Positions 30,649-42,305 of a stretch of 64,000 bases of DNA are shown one piece after another. Source of the DNA: Williopsis jadinii (lineage: Eukaryota); the NCBI GenBank assembly GCA_024346625.1, contig AP024667.1, forward strand, positions 744,001-808,000, written 5' to 3'. How positions within the stretch are numbered: the stretch's first letter is position 1; every line of letters begins with the position of its first letter. The position numbers and the translations under genes are program-made. Under the pieces are notes generated by a model. The model saw only the letters and a list, made by a program, of their open reading frames with translations, was not told where the DNA came from and ran no database searches.

Positions 30649-32994
30649 ATGACAACATTCTCATCCACGGCGCTCAGGAACTTATCGCAGCTGCTTCGGA
30701 CAGAGGACGATCTCGATAAGGTTGAGTCTCTGAAAGAACAGCTCATCAAGGAGAAGACCGCTATAGATGTGCAGCTCAAGTCGCATACGCAGACCCAGCT
30801 GGATAGGATGCTGGAGAGCATGAACTCTCTGACGATGTGTCAGGATGATGTGAAGACGTTGAAAGAGAACGTTGAGCAGCTTGACTCGATCGCCGTCAAC
30901 AGCTTTGGTGCCATTAGCCGCTATGAGCTGATCAACAAGATCTCGAGGGTGCACGAGGTGTTCACGCAGAGTACAAGGATTGCCGATAAGGTGGCTTCGT
31001 TCCACGATGAGCTCAAGGAAATCGACGATATGATCGAAGCTGAGAACTATAACGACATCGACATTGATTCCGAGGTGCCATCTTTGCTATTGATTCATTG
31101 GAGATTGAACAAATTTAGAGACTTTCAAGACCAAATCGTGGAGTTGAGTTTGAGATCTAGTGATGATGCACGGTTCACGGTTAAAAGATTGACGTCCAAG
31201 ACCCAGTTCACGGTGAAGAAGTGGGATACGCTATTGGAGAACATCATTTCAGGGTTGGTTGAGAGCGTCAAGGTTGGTAACCACGGACTCGTTGTGCGGT
31301 TTGCCAAAATCATCGAGTATGAAGAGAGACATGACGCTAGAATATCGACGATCAAGGAAGTGTTACAGAAGAACGAAGCAGATGTGCATGCTGGTCTTTT
31401 CCAACAAATCGTCAAGGGCTCTCTACAACATCGTGTTTATTCAAGGGATTACAAACAATTCTTCCTGACGAAGCTGAAAGAAAACGTTCATGAAACTTTC
31501 AACAACTGTTGGGAGACATTTGCACATAGTAACAACATCTTTGAGATCTTGGATAACTTTGACTGGGTGTTCCAAGATCTCTCGTGTGTTCAACAGGAAT
31601 TGAGCAAACTTGTACCTCCAAAATGGGATATCTTCAAAACTTACTACGATATCTACTACGCAGAACTTCACCTTTTGATAACAAGATTGATTGAATCCGA
31701 ACCTGAAACTGCATTCATCATCGATATCCTGGACTTTGACAACAAATTCCAGGAGATTATGGTGAATGAGTTCAAATTCAAAAAATCTGAGGTTGAAAGT
31801 ATCATAGGTGAAGTTGAAAAGGAACAATTGTTCAAAGATTACCTTAACCTATTGGTTATGATGATTACTGGTTGGATGACAAACCTTTCAAACACTGAAC
31901 AAGACGTGTTTAGAAACCGTATCACTGCTCCTGAAACCGATTCTGAAAAGCTGTACTTGTTGGAAGGTACCAAAATTGTGTTCCAAATGTTCACTCAACA
32001 GTGCGATGCAGCTTCTGGCTCTGGACAAGGTAAGATCTTGGCAGGTGCAATTAAAGAGTTCTCAACATTGCTGATTAAGAGACAACAAGGATGGAGTGAG
32101 CTCGTGAAGAGCGAAGTGCATAGGCTGCTCTTGTCTAACAACCCAGAACTAAGACCACCACCAAAGCTCGAAGGTGAAATAGTTGATGACTCAGTTCCGC
32201 CTGGTTTGATAGAATATTTGACTGCATTGGCAAATGATCAAATGAGAGGTGCAGATTACACGGAAGCCATTTCGAGTAAATACGGTTCGATGGTTAGTAA
32301 AAAATACTCATCGCAGATCCATGAAGATTTAGAAAATGTCATTGATGGCTTTGCGAACTTGGCTAAGGAATGTTGTGATGCTCTTATAGTTATGATCTTT
32401 GACGATTTGAAAGTTGTTATGAGAAAGATCTTCACAAAAGAATGGCTCAACTCCACTTTTGCTCAACAAATAGCTGATACTTTACTGGAGTATTTGGGAG
32501 ATTTGAAGCACTCTATGAACTCATACCTTTTTGAAATTCTTTGCGAAGAGGTTGTGGAAGAAACTTTGTTAAAGTATTTGGACAACTTGAACAGCGATGT
32601 AAAATTCCCAAAGGATCCAGAGAGATTCTTGGGTGCTGTTAAGCGTGATTTTGAAACTTTCTACAAGTTATTCATCCAATTTCTTTCTCAAGATGTTATT
32701 GAGGAGAAATTCAAAATTGTGGAACACTTTATGGACCTGGCTACAGAACAAGACCTGGACCAGATTGCCACCATTTGGGGCTCCACTGTTCAATCTTTCA
32801 ACGATATCAAGATTGAGTTTTTATCTGCTGTGTTGAAGGCTAGACCGGACGTTGATCATGCAGACGCAAAGTTGGTTGTGCCAAAGGCCAAGGAAGTACA
32901 GCAGAGATATCTTACCGACCACCAGTTTGAACTTGCTCAGTCGTTTATGGGCCGTTTCAACTTGAGCAAAAAACTCAAGAAGGATTACTTGTGA
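30649..32994 (+). CDS. SEC6: Exocyst subunit Sec6
   Basis: EDDLDKV..LKEQLIKEK, LEGTKIVFQMFTQQ...SGQGKILAG, GLIEYLTALANDQMRGADY; 781-aa helical protein. Confidence 0.93.
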   Translation: MTTFSSTALRNLSQLLRTEDDLDKVESLKEQLIKEKTAIDVQLKSHTQTQLDRMLESMNSLTMCQDDVKTLKENVEQLDSIAVNSFGAISRYELINKISRVHEVFTQSTRIADKVASFHDELKEIDDMIEAENYNDIDIDSEVPSLLLIHWRLNKFRDFQDQIVELSLRSSDDARFTVKRLTSKTQFTVKKWDTLLENIISGLVESVKVGNHGLVVRFAKIIEYEERHDARISTIKEVLQKNEADVHAGLFQQIVKGSLQHRVYSRDYKQFFLTKLKENVHETFNNCWETFAHSNNIFEILDNFDWVFQDLSCVQQELSKLVPPKWDIFKTYYDIYYAELHLLITRLIESEPETAFIIDILDFDNKFQEIMVNEFKFKKSEVESIIGEVEKEQLFKDYLNLLVMMITGWMTNLSNTEQDVFRNRITAPETDSEKLYLLEGTKIVFQMFTQQCDAASGSGQGKILAGAIKEFSTLLIKRQQGWSELVKSEVHRLLLSNNPELRPPPKLEGEIVDDSVPPGLIEYLTALANDQMRGADYTEAISSKYGSMVSKKYSSQIHEDLENVIDGFANLAKECCDALIVMIFDDLKVVMRKIFTKEWLNSTFAQQIADTLLEYLGDLKHSMNSYLFEILCEEVVEETLLKYLDNLNSDVKFPKDPERFLGAVKRDFETFYKLFIQFLSQDVIEEKFKIVEHFMDLATEQDLDQIATIWGSTVQSFNDIKIEFLSAVLKARPDVDHADAKLVVPKAKEVQQRYLTDHQFELAQSFMGRFNLSKKLKKDYL

Positions 32995-33067
32995 TTCTAC
33001 ACCATACATAGATGAAAACAAAGACATATATAATGAATCGCACGACATGAATAGTCCATACTCTTTG

Positions 33068-33422
33068 TTAAAGCTTTATATACGAAACGTTGACTATTAT
33101 GGTTCCATTCTCAACGGTTTGTTTCACGGTGTAGTTACCATCATTCTTCTCGTCCCATAGAAACCCTAACGAATGTTTGTTGTATGCTTGAGTGTCATTA
33201 GATATCAATGTCGCACTCACAATCAGCTTGTAGTCCAAGGTTTTAGGCTTTAGCTCTGTGAGGATGTAGGTGATGAGAGCCTGGGTATCGGTATAATCGT
33301 TGTTTGATGACAGAAAAGACGTCACTAGGGATTCAACCTCAGATTGTGAAAATGGCTATATGGTTGTCGTCAGTAAGCGGGCTTCCTAGCAGTTGGTATA
33401 AACAAGCACATACAGCTGGCAT
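33068..33422 (-). CDS. TDA2: Tctex-1-type dynein light chain Tda2 (about 98 aa). Exon 1 33422-33414, intron 33413-33356
   Basis: YKLIVSATL...GFLWDEKNDG...IIVNVSYI Tctex fold; ATG CCA GCT / GTATGT...TACTGAC...TAG / CCA TTT joins in frame; adjacent to RNR1 as in S. cerevisiae. Confidence 0.8.
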
Positions 33423-33583
33423 GGTTTATGGGTGTAGAATAGCGTTTTCCATGAACAGAGGAACCACTTGAACGCGATTGATGAACCTCATAAGGGGACA
33501 CTTCAAGAGCTCATGGGGCCTATTAATCGGTATGCGACACACTCATACATTTGTCTCTGCCTTCCCACCCCCAAGATTTCCTG

Positions 33584-34410
33584 GTTGTCCTGGTAACAGA
33601 AGTGTAAACAAACCAAAGTCTTTGGCATTTCGGTACGAGCACACCCTAGCGCCTCAATCATTTTCTGTTAGGGTAAAGATGGCCCAATGGCTTACAACGG
33701 GGACAAAGGGTGTGCAACACCACAGTGATTATTACAGTGACAACTTCTACGCTATGGTGCATAACATCTGATATGCCCACCACCATCTCCAAGAGCTTCA
33801 ATAAGAAAAAAGGAAAGATAAACACCCAAAACCTAAGCATATAATTTCGCAAATTTGCAGTGCCAAAAGAGAAGATGCTACCCGCATTCTTTTGACGCTA
33901 TTTTTCCTTTTTTGGCGTTCCATTGCTCAAAGACGCGTCATGTTTCGTTTCACTTGATTACATCGCTATGGTAATTTCCAGCAAATAGGGTACTGTTTCT
34001 CTGTTAAAGCCCTGGAGAAAACAGGCAAAGGCAATTACCCTCGTTCGTGATTCCATTACTCAGAGACAGAAACGCTACCACATCGATTGCGTCCAATGTA
34101 AGGAAGCTTCGATGCGCCAAAGAAAAAGCGCAAACAGAGGTGTTTTCATTCTGCCAGGACGCTGATCCCAAGCGTAAATGCCACCCGCAATTCTCTCAAA
34201 GTGGATAGCTTCGTGTCGTTTTCGTGTCGTTTTCGTGTTGTTTTCGTGTTCCAAGCCCGATGCGGGTGAATTTGGCGTGTATCGTTCTGGTTCTGTTTGT
34301 TTTTGTTTACGCGAGCCAGCCAATCAGAGCCGACTGCGACGCGAACCAGACGCGAAACAACGCGTCGTGCCGCTGACAAAAGCACCAACCTTTTTGGATA
34401 TATATAAACA
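33584..34410 (+). promoter_or_regulatory. RNR1 promoter: X-box-like, MCB and SCB elements, CCAAT and TATA
   Basis: GTTGTCCTGGTAAC 33584-33597; TCGCTATGGTAA 33963; ACGCGT 33933 and 34360; ACGCGAAA 34350; TTTCGTG at 34220, 34231 and 34242; TATATAAA near 34401. Confidence 0.75.
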
Positions 34411-34507
34411 TCCGCGTCCGCTGTTTTCCTCTTTCCCTCTCTTCTCTTCTCACTCTTTTGCTGTGAATAGCAAGCATACACACACAGACAACAGACTAAT
34501 ACTTACG

Positions 34508-37123
34508 ATGTATGTTTACAAGAGAGATGGGCGCAGAGAGCCTGTCAAGTTCGACAAGATCACAGCGAGAATCTCGAGACTCTGCTACGGGTTGGACCCA
34601 CAGCACGTCGATGCCGTGAAGATTACACAGAGAATCATCTCTGGTGTCTATGAAGGTGTGACCACCATCGAGCTCGATAACTTGGCTGCTGAGACATGTG
34701 CTTATATGACCACTGTCCACCCGGACTATGCTACGCTTGCTGCCAGAATCGCCATCTCCAACTTGCACAAACAAACCACGAAGCAATTCAGTGTTGTTAT
34801 TGAAGAGTTGTACAACTATATCAACCCAAAGACCAATTTGCACGCGCCAATGGTGTCTAAGGAGACTTATGATATTGTCCAAGAGTTCAAGGATGAGTTG
34901 AACTCTGCCATTGTCTACGACAGAGACTTCAACTACAACTACTTTGGTTTCAAGACATTGGAGAGATCCTACTTGCTCAGAGTGAACGGCAAAGTTGCCG
35001 AGCGTCCACAGCACTTGGTGATGCGTGTGGCCATCGGTATCCACGGTAGAGATATGAAGTCCGTGATTGAAACTTACAACCTGATGTCTGAACGTTACTT
35101 CACACACGCTTCTCCAACTTTGTTCAATGCTGGTACTCCAAGCCCACAGATGTCCTCTTGTTTCCTCGTTGCTATGAAGGAAGACTCCATCGAAGGTATC
35201 TACGACACCTTGAAGCAATGTGCCTTGATCTCTAAGACCGCTGGTGGTATCGGTTTGCACATTCACAATATCAGAAGTACAGGGTCCTACATCGCTGGTA
35301 CCAACGGTACCTCTAATGGTTTGATTCCTATGGTCCGTGTCTTTAATAACACTGCAAGATACGTCGACCAAGGTGGTAACAAGCGACCAGGTGCATTTGC
35401 CTTGTACCTGGAGCCATGGCACGCGGATATCTTTGATTTCATCGATATCAGAAAGAACCACGGTAAGGAAGAGATCAGAGCTCGTGATTTGTTCCCAGCC
35501 TTGTGGATTCCAGATCTGTTCATGAAGCGTGTTGAACAGAACGGTGAATGGACTTTATTCTCTCCAAATGAGGCTACTGGCTTGGCTGATGCATATGGTG
35601 ATGAATTTGAAGCATTGTATACAAAGTACGAACAAGAAGGTAAAGGAAGAAAGACTGTGAAGGCTCAAAAGCTCTGGTATGCGATCTTGGAGGCACAGAC
35701 TGAAACTGGTACACCATTCATGCTTTATAAAGATGCTTGTAACAAAAAGTCCAATCAGAAGAACTTGGGTATCATCAAGTCTTCGAACTTGTGTTGTGAG
35801 ATTGTCGAGTACTCTTCTCCAGACGAGGTTGCTGTTTGTAACTTGGCATCCATTGCCCTTCCAGCTTTCATTGAGAAGTCGGTTGATGGTTTGACCCAAA
35901 CTTATAACTTCCAAAAGTTGCACGATATTGCCAAGGTGCTTACAAAGAACTTGAACAGAATCATCGACAGAAATTACTACCCAGTTCCAGAAGCTCGTGC
36001 TTCTAACATGAGAAACAGACCAATTGCCCTTGGTGTCCAAGGCCTTGCGGATGCCTTCATGATGTTACGTATGCCTTTTGAGTCTGATGCTGCTAAAGAG
36101 TTGAACATCCAAATCTTTGAAACTATCTACCACGGTGCTGTTGAGGCCTCTGTTGAGTTGGCTCAGGCTGAAGGTGCCTACGAATCCTTCCCAGGCTCTC
36201 CAGCTTCTCAGGGCCAATTGCAATTTGACCTCTGGGGCCGTAAGCCAACTGACTTGTGGGATTGGGACTCATTGAAAGCTGACATTTCCAAGTATGGTAT
36301 GAGAAACTCCCTTTTGGTTGCACCAATGCCAACTGCCTCCACATCTCAAATCTTGGGTTACAACGAATGTTTTGAGCCATACACTTCTAATATCTACTCT
36401 CGTCGTGTTCTTGCCGGTGAATTCCAGATTGTGAACCCATACTTGCTGCGTGATTTGGTTGACTTGGGTATCTGGGATGACGCAATGAAGAACCACATCA
36501 TATCCGACAACGGTTCCATCCAAAACTTGCCAAACATTCCAAAGCAATTGAAGGACTTGTACAAGACCGTATGGGAAATCTCTCAAAAGACCATCATTGA
36601 TATGGCTGCCGATCGTGCTGCTTACATCGACCAATCTCAATCTTTGAACATTCATATCAGAGCCCCAACCATGGGTAAACTCACATCGATGCACTTCTAC
36701 GGCTGGAAGAAGGGCTTGAAGACCGGTATGTACTACTTGAGAACACAAGCCGCATCTGCTGCTATTCAATTCACAGTCGATGCCTCTGTCGCTGCCAACG
36801 CTGCTTTGAACAAGGTTGACATGGCGAAGTTGAAGCGTGCCGAGTACATTGCACCAAACACATCTCACATTCCAAGCTCCCGGGAATCAAGCGTCAGCGC
36901 TGCTGATATCGACACCACAACCACATCTGTTGCCTCTCTCACAATAGAGAATGACGATAAGCCACTGCCGGTTCCAGTTCCTGCTGCTGAGCCAAAAGAA
37001 GCTGAGCCTGCTGCTGCTGCTGCCTCCACAACCTCTGATGAGACTGACGCTGACATCTTCAGTTCGAAGGTCATTGCGTGTGCCATCAACAACCCTGAGG
37101 CCTGCGAGATGTGTTCCGGCTGA
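34508..37123 (+). CDS. RNR1: Ribonucleotide reductase large subunit
   Basis: [22 protein letters not shown] cone, [29 protein letters not shown]-terminal CEMCSG. Confidence 0.98.
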   Translation: MYVYKRDGRREPVKFDKITARISRLCYGLDPQHVDAVKITQRIISGVYEGVTTIELDNLAAETCAYMTTVHPDYATLAARIAISNLHKQTTKQFSVVIEELYNYINPKTNLHAPMVSKETYDIVQEFKDELNSAIVYDRDFNYNYFGFKTLERSYLLRVNGKVAERPQHLVMRVAIGIHGRDMKSVIETYNLMSERYFTHASPTLFNAGTPSPQMSSCFLVAMKEDSIEGIYDTLKQCALISKTAGGIGLHIHNIRSTGSYIAGTNGTSNGLIPMVRVFNNTARYVDQGGNKRPGAFALYLEPWHADIFDFIDIRKNHGKEEIRARDLFPALWIPDLFMKRVEQNGEWTLFSPNEATGLADAYGDEFEALYTKYEQEGKGRKTVKAQKLWYAILEAQTETGTPFMLYKDACNKKSNQKNLGIIKSSNLCCEIVEYSSPDEVAVCNLASIALPAFIEKSVDGLTQTYNFQKLHDIAKVLTKNLNRIIDRNYYPVPEARASNMRNRPIALGVQGLADAFMMLRMPFESDAAKELNIQIFETIYHGAVEASVELAQAEGAYESFPGSPASQGQLQFDLWGRKPTDLWDWDSLKADISKYGMRNSLLVAPMPTASTSQILGYNECFEPYTSNIYSRRVLAGEFQIVNPYLLRDLVDLGIWDDAMKNHIISDNGSIQNLPNIPKQLKDLYKTVWEISQKTIIDMAADRAAYIDQSQSLNIHIRAPTMGKLTSMHFYGWKKGLKTGMYYLRTQAASAAIQFTVDASVAANAALNKVDMAKLKRAEYIAPNTSHIPSSRESSVSAADIDTTTTSVASLTIENDDKPLPVPVPAAEPKEAEPAAAAASTTSDETDADIFSSKVIACAINNPEACEMCSG

Positions 37124-37422
37124 TCACAACACGCTGCTTCTGGAGGGTTCTTTCGTTAACGGTTTTGTTCTTAATAGATGAATTTGCTTTAAATATAATA
37201 CAAATGTCTTCGTAGCCTGCTGTGTCTTATTCCCGCAAATCCCGCTAAAGCCGAGATGCCCCTTGTCCACGACGATGCCGAGCTCTCTACAGAAACATGG
37301 GTGAGAATCAATTCTTTAGCTGTTGAGCTGGTTTGGCCTTTGACACTTCAACCAATTCTGTCATTGATTGCACGTCTCGCTTGTTGTTGTTGTGTGTGCG
37401 TCCTCCATCTTAACGTCGAACA

Positions 37423-39183
37423 ATGGATGAAGAAGCATTGGGCTCGCCTCTCCTAGGGCCCACTGGCTATGAGAGTTCATCTCGTAGATCGTTATGGGAC
37501 TGGTTGAACGGTCCGCCAGTCCCCAGTGATGATCCTCCAAGGGTAACGAATACACTGCTTGTGCCCCTGGAGCTGTTTCCAAGCCAGCTGAAGATGAGGT
37601 TCCCGTATCGAATCCGAGTACTGTTCCTGTGTGCCTATATGGTGGTTTGGTTCATGATGAACTATGCCATTATGTACCCTCATCTGATTCGAGGACCACA
37701 TCTGGACGACGAGCGTATTGTGACGTTGAGCTGTACAGGCGATGGCTACTTCTGGCGTGGTAAGAACCAGGCCTGTGGGCTGCTGGGGAGAGACTGTGTG
37801 CCCGAGAGAGGCGAAGAGGTCATCATCAAGTGCCCTGCGCTCTGTGATAGAGGCTGGTCGTACGCTGCGAGACCCGTGGGCACTGAAATGGTGAAATATA
37901 GGCAGTATGTCATTGGTGGTGGTGAGTCCAGTGAAAAGTCACCCTTGACTAACCCGTATAGAGGGGACTCGTACCCGTGCTCGAGTGCTGTTCATGGAGG
38001 TGTGCTTTCGCCTTTCTCTGGAGGATGTGTTAAGATCAAATTCACGGGCGTGGGACTTTCATTTGAATCCAAGAAGGGGCCTTATGGCACCAATTGGTCT
38101 GTTGGCTTCCCTTCTTTCTTCCCAAGTAGTTTTGTCTTTGAGCCGTTGAATGAGTCGATTTCCGGGTGCCACGATCCAAGGTTTATCATCCTCATCCTCA
38201 ACATTCTGCTTGGTGCTCCAGTGATGTACTTGGCTGGTGGCCTTGTTGGATACTGGACATCCTTGGTGGCTGGTTTCTGGACCATCTTGCTCGTTCTAGA
38301 CCCTCCGTTCATTGTGAACTCAGACGAGGATACTGCACAGCTCATCTCCAATGGCTTTGCTAAGTTCTTGCCTCTCTGTTTCGTTCTACACGTTCTTTGG
38401 ACTGCTGGCTGTAAACGGACGCTAACAGATGGCAGTCCATTGGCCAAGCTGTTGCTGTGGTACCCTCTGTTCTGGGTTGGCAGTGCCAACGTCATCACCT
38501 TTGATCGCATTCCAATTGACAGAATGCGAATCGACGACATCAAGCAGATGCCAGGCTCAGTGATGGCCATCATCGTCGTCATCCCCTTGATCATCGCCTG
38601 TGTTGCTCTCCAGGCCTTCCAGATATGGAAGGCTGGCAAGCTCATCAAGTACGCAAAGGCCTACGTGACGATCATTGTGGGCCTCGCAGTGCTATCAACG
38701 CTTCCGAACCTGGGCCTTAGAATCCACCACTATATGATTGGAATGCTGTTGGTGCCTGGAACAGGCACCAGAGGCATCACCGCATACCCTCTACAGGGCC
38801 TTTTACTGGGTCTTCTACTATCAGGAGTCGCTAGATGGGACTTCGCCTCCGTTGTGGAGACTGAGGTGAGCCTACTGCGTGGTGAAGCCGGTACATCTTC
38901 AGCTCCACCACCAGGGTTCCAGTTCAACGGAACACACGTTCTCTGGGACGTACCAGAGCATCCACCAAGCAACTTGCCAGGCTACTCGTTAATCGTGAAC
39001 GACGTTGAGTTGTGGGTTGGCGAAGACACCAGCTTCAATGTTGAGAGATTCCTCAAGCATGCGGATGTGGTGTTCTTCCGTGTTGCTCTGAGTGCGTTAC
39101 ACGGTGATGATAGAGGTGATTATACACGAGCTGCCACTATCATCAATGGAACATGGATTCCACCAGAGGATGGTGTGAGTTGA
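37423..39183 (+). CDS. LCCL-domain multi-pass membrane protein (YIL067C-like)
   Basis: IIKCPALC...YVIGGG...YRGDSYPCSSAVHGGV..FSGGC LCCL motif followed by about 8 TM segments and LRIHHY; acidic dileucine-like EEALGSPLL near the N-terminus. Confidence 0.8.
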   Translation: MDEEALGSPLLGPTGYESSSRRSLWDWLNGPPVPSDDPPRVTNTLLVPLELFPSQLKMRFPYRIRVLFLCAYMVVWFMMNYAIMYPHLIRGPHLDDERIVTLSCTGDGYFWRGKNQACGLLGRDCVPERGEEVIIKCPALCDRGWSYAARPVGTEMVKYRQYVIGGGESSEKSPLTNPYRGDSYPCSSAVHGGVLSPFSGGCVKIKFTGVGLSFESKKGPYGTNWSVGFPSFFPSSFVFEPLNESISGCHDPRFIILILNILLGAPVMYLAGGLVGYWTSLVAGFWTILLVLDPPFIVNSDEDTAQLISNGFAKFLPLCFVLHVLWTAGCKRTLTDGSPLAKLLLWYPLFWVGSANVITFDRIPIDRMRIDDIKQMPGSVMAIIVVIPLIIACVALQAFQIWKAGKLIKYAKAYVTIIVGLAVLSTLPNLGLRIHHYMIGMLLVPGTGTRGITAYPLQGLLLGLLLSGVARWDFASVVETEVSLLRGEAGTSSAPPPGFQFNGTHVLWDVPEHPPSNLPGYSLIVNDVELWVGEDTSFNVERFLKHADVVFFRVALSALHGDDRGDYTRAATIINGTWIPPEDGVS

Positions 39184-39329
39184 GACTGAGCATAGCAGTT
39201 TCATGGTGAGCTAAGGGACCGTTGATAGCAAATATTGATAGCAAATATTGATGACGAGAACGAAGAGATTATGTCTTTATGTAAAACTAAGGGAATTTTA
39301 AATACAATGCACTGCTTTTTGTTTGCTGT

Positions 39330-41501
39330 TCACTGACGTGGCAATGTGCTGTGTCCATTCAGGTTTGAACTGCTGAAGTTATTTGGGTGGTTAGTAGTAC
39401 TTGCTGGAACATGGCCACCACTAGCGGAGCGAGGAGCTACTGGAATCGTAGCGTAGTTTGGAGAAGCACCCAAGGCAGCTGATAAGGGCATCGATGATTT
39501 CCTGTTCTTCCTTGAGGTTGGTTTGAACTGATGGGATGATAAATCGGCTGGGATTCCCGTGTAGATATCTGTTGTTGTCGCACGACGCGGGAACCCAGGT
39601 TGTTGTAGTTGCTGTGGCTGTTGCTGATGCTGATGCTGTTGCTGGGGAGGCTGCTGCTGTTGTTGTTGTTGTTGTAAATGAAGGTGAAGTTGTTGTGAAC
39701 TGTGCTGGTGCTGCAACGGGTGATGTTGAGCATGTGGCTGATGATGCTGCGGAGGCTGTTGAGGCCTCATCTTTGGCATCACAGGTGCTTGTAGTTGTTG
39801 AGGAAATCTATTATGCTGTTGCAAATTGAACTGGGATAGCTTCCGATTCAACTCTTGTTCCTTTGACGCCAAAGCAGCCTCCTTCTTGTGCAATTCTATC
39901 TCCCTTGCTGACAAGTCGCCGCCATTTAATATTGGAGATTGCGAACCTGAAGACGATGAATGTGGGAGAGGCGGAGGCGGGCCTTGTGGAATTGCTGGTG
40001 ATGGAGGCTGTACAGGATCCATAGATGCGGATATTAAGGCAACATCTGTCAAATCACGTAGATCGGGAGTGCCATTGTCGGAAACGTCTGCACTTCTTTG
40101 GACAAATGTCGAAGTAGAGACTGGAGTGACTTCATAGGTTGAAGAAGCCGGTGTTGAAGTCTTGACTTCATTTTTAGCTCTTAACAATTCTACCTGGTGA
40201 TGTTGAGCTTGTTGTTCCAGTTTATCGATTTGTAACTTCAACTGCTGAATCTGCTGTTCTGAAGATGATAGCAATCTCGACTTATTCTGGTACGCCTGTT
40301 GCAACTGTTGATGTTCACCTCTTAACGAATCTACCGAAGACAATGATCTTTCACGCTCATCCAATCTCAGCTGGAGTTGTTCATTCTGTTTCAACAACGT
40401 CTTATATTCGGAAGCGTGTTGAGCCAACGAATTCTTCATCTTATTCAATTCATTCTTCAGCTCAGAATCGTTGACACCATCGTTTCTCTTGAAGAAGAGC
40501 GACGGCTTGGTGTTGAACTTGTTAAACTCACAGATGGTTGCATACAGGAACTCCAGGTATGGAGTCTTGATGCTGTGGTCATCTGCCAATAGAATAGGCT
40601 GTAGCAAGAGCATATCGACTTGTAAGTCATTCTTGTGGTAGAAATTGTAAAACAACTCTGGCGAGTTCGCATACCTTGGCTTGGTATCTGTATTGGTCGA
40701 ATCCTTATACCAAGAGCTCCACAACTTCAGCAAGCTGGACTCACTATCGTAGCCAGCTGGTAATTTACAACCCATGGTCTTCGCCACGGTAATCATCTCG
40801 GTAATCAACCCACTCAGGAGTGGTTTGGCCAAGATCTGGTTCGTCAACAGCTGTGGCACCGGCTCTTCAAACATTATCAACAGTGGGTCAAAGCATATAC
40901 GCGGAAGAGCCAACTTCCACTGTTCAACCAAGAACTCCAAATGCGTCTGTTTGGTGATCACCTCAACCGAGTCAACCTTCAGCAGCGTTGCCAACGCGTT
41001 CAGGTCCGTCTGTAGTCTCTGCGGGTACTTGGCATTCAGCGTACCCGACTGTCCTATAAAGATCTTCTTCTCGCCCTTCATGGCAAACTCGTTTCTCGTT
41101 CCAAGCGAGCGCACATCCAGCGGTGTCATGAGAGAGAACACAGGAGGCTTCTGGGTCAAGCAGTTCTTCACAAAGGGCTCCAGATTGACAAACCCGGTGG
41201 ACTCCACGAGAACAATCGTCGTCTTGCCGAGATACGGTGCCAATTGCGCAGACAGCGTCGACATCTGTTGCAACGAGCCAGCACTGATAATCACAACGTC
41301 GAACTCCACCTTCGCCACGTTGTCCAGCGAGTTGTGGATGAACTGCGGGTCGAAATAGTCATCGTTCAGCTTCACCTTCTCGTTGATCGCCAGCGTGCTG
41401 TTCACCAAGTGGATCGTGAACTTGTCGGTTCTCTGGAATTGCAACGTGTAAAACAGCAACCTCGGGTTGTCGCCGACAGCCAATAACGTCAACGGCGTCA
41501 T
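39330..41501 (-). CDS. SVL3: Svl3/Pam1 family protein (ketopantoate-reductase-like N-domain, coiled coil, Q/H-rich tail)
   Basis: VGDNPRLLFY, ESTGFVNLEPF, QWKLALPRICFDPL, LAKPLLSGLITEMITVAKTMG, LLLQPILLADDH.IKTPYLEFLYA, KPTSRKNRKS. Confidence 0.88.
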   Translation of the reverse strand: MTPLTLLAVGDNPRLLFYTLQFQRTDKFTIHLVNSTLAINEKVKLNDDYFDPQFIHNSLDNVAKVEFDVVIISAGSLQQMSTLSAQLAPYLGKTTIVLVESTGFVNLEPFVKNCLTQKPPVFSLMTPLDVRSLGTRNEFAMKGEKKIFIGQSGTLNAKYPQRLQTDLNALATLLKVDSVEVITKQTHLEFLVEQWKLALPRICFDPLLIMFEEPVPQLLTNQILAKPLLSGLITEMITVAKTMGCKLPAGYDSESSLLKLWSSWYKDSTNTDTKPRYANSPELFYNFYHKNDLQVDMLLLQPILLADDHSIKTPYLEFLYATICEFNKFNTKPSLFFKRNDGVNDSELKNELNKMKNSLAQHASEYKTLLKQNEQLQLRLDERERSLSSVDSLRGEHQQLQQAYQNKSRLLSSSEQQIQQLKLQIDKLEQQAQHHQVELLRAKNEVKTSTPASSTYEVTPVSTSTFVQRSADVSDNGTPDLRDLTDVALISASMDPVQPPSPAIPQGPPPPLPHSSSSGSQSPILNGGDLSAREIELHKKEAALASKEQELNRKLSQFNLQQHNRFPQQLQAPVMPKMRPQQPPQHHQPHAQHHPLQHQHSSQQLHLHLQQQQQQQQPPQQQHQHQQQPQQLQQPGFPRRATTTDIYTGIPADLSSHQFKPTSRKNRKSSMPLSAALGASPNYATIPVAPRSASGGHVPASTTNHPNNFSSSNLNGHSTLPRQ

Positions 41502-42212
41502 GATCGGGCAGCCAGCAGTGGGGGAGACGTGTTCAACCAGGCTTTGCCTCAGCAATAAAATGGATTCGATGAGCGGTGATGAAACGGGCTCACGGGCTCA
41601 CGGCGGCAAGCTAAGCAGGGAAAGCCAACCAAAAAAAGGGGCCTTCAGCGGTGGAAGCGGGAGAGCACAGCACAACCGTGGAGATGGGCACACACGGGCA
41701 ACTTCGCTCACAGCAAAGGCAGAGGAAGGGGCAAAGCGCAGCGGGAAAGGAACCAGTGGAAGCAATGGAAGTTATACCGCCACACAAGACACAGCGCTTA
41801 GTTCAAAAGGAAGACACAAGCAGCACTGGGCACAATGAGCACACTAACACACACAAGCAAACAAAATAAAACGGGCAGTGAAGAAGCGGCGGCTTGCGGA
41901 TTCAGCGCTCGTCGTCGTGGAGAAACAGCGAGAGAAACAACGAGGGAAAAAGTACGAGAAATGGGCCTTTTCGCTGCGAAAAGTTGCTGTTGATCGAGAA
42001 ATTTTCGTTGATTTGTGTGTGTTTTTGTGTATTTTCTTTCAAATCCGAAGGGGAAAAGTTTTTTTTGGCTTCTTTTGCAGCGTATTTTGTTTGTTTTTGG
42101 GCATTTGCCGGCCCGTTTTCACCAAGCGTTCCGAGTCTCCAGGGCGAAGAGTTGAGGAGTTTTGGTGTGAAATGGGGTTGCGTGCAGTTTTAGCGGGGTT
42201 GCTTGGGCTGGT

Positions 42213-42305
42213 GGCCCTGTTGTTTAGGCTGGGCGGCTCTGTTGTTTAGGCTGGGCGGCCCTGTTGCTGAGCCCAGAGGCCCCGTTGCTGAGCCCAGCGG
42301 CCCTG
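42213..42305. repeat. 21-22-bp tandem repeat x4 (GGCCCTGTTG-...)
   Basis: Two units end in TTTAGGCTGGGC and two in CTGAGCCCAG(A/C). Confidence 0.85.

Noticed and set aside
34178..34507. 110-aa N-terminal extension of RNR1 in the ORF track
   Set aside because: Runs through the SCB/MCB/TATA promoter; the conserved start is MYVYKRDG at 34508
34496..36868. Antisense ORFs (321, 161 and 199 aa) over RNR1
   Set aside because: Typical mirror-frame ORFs of a highly expressed, codon-biased gene
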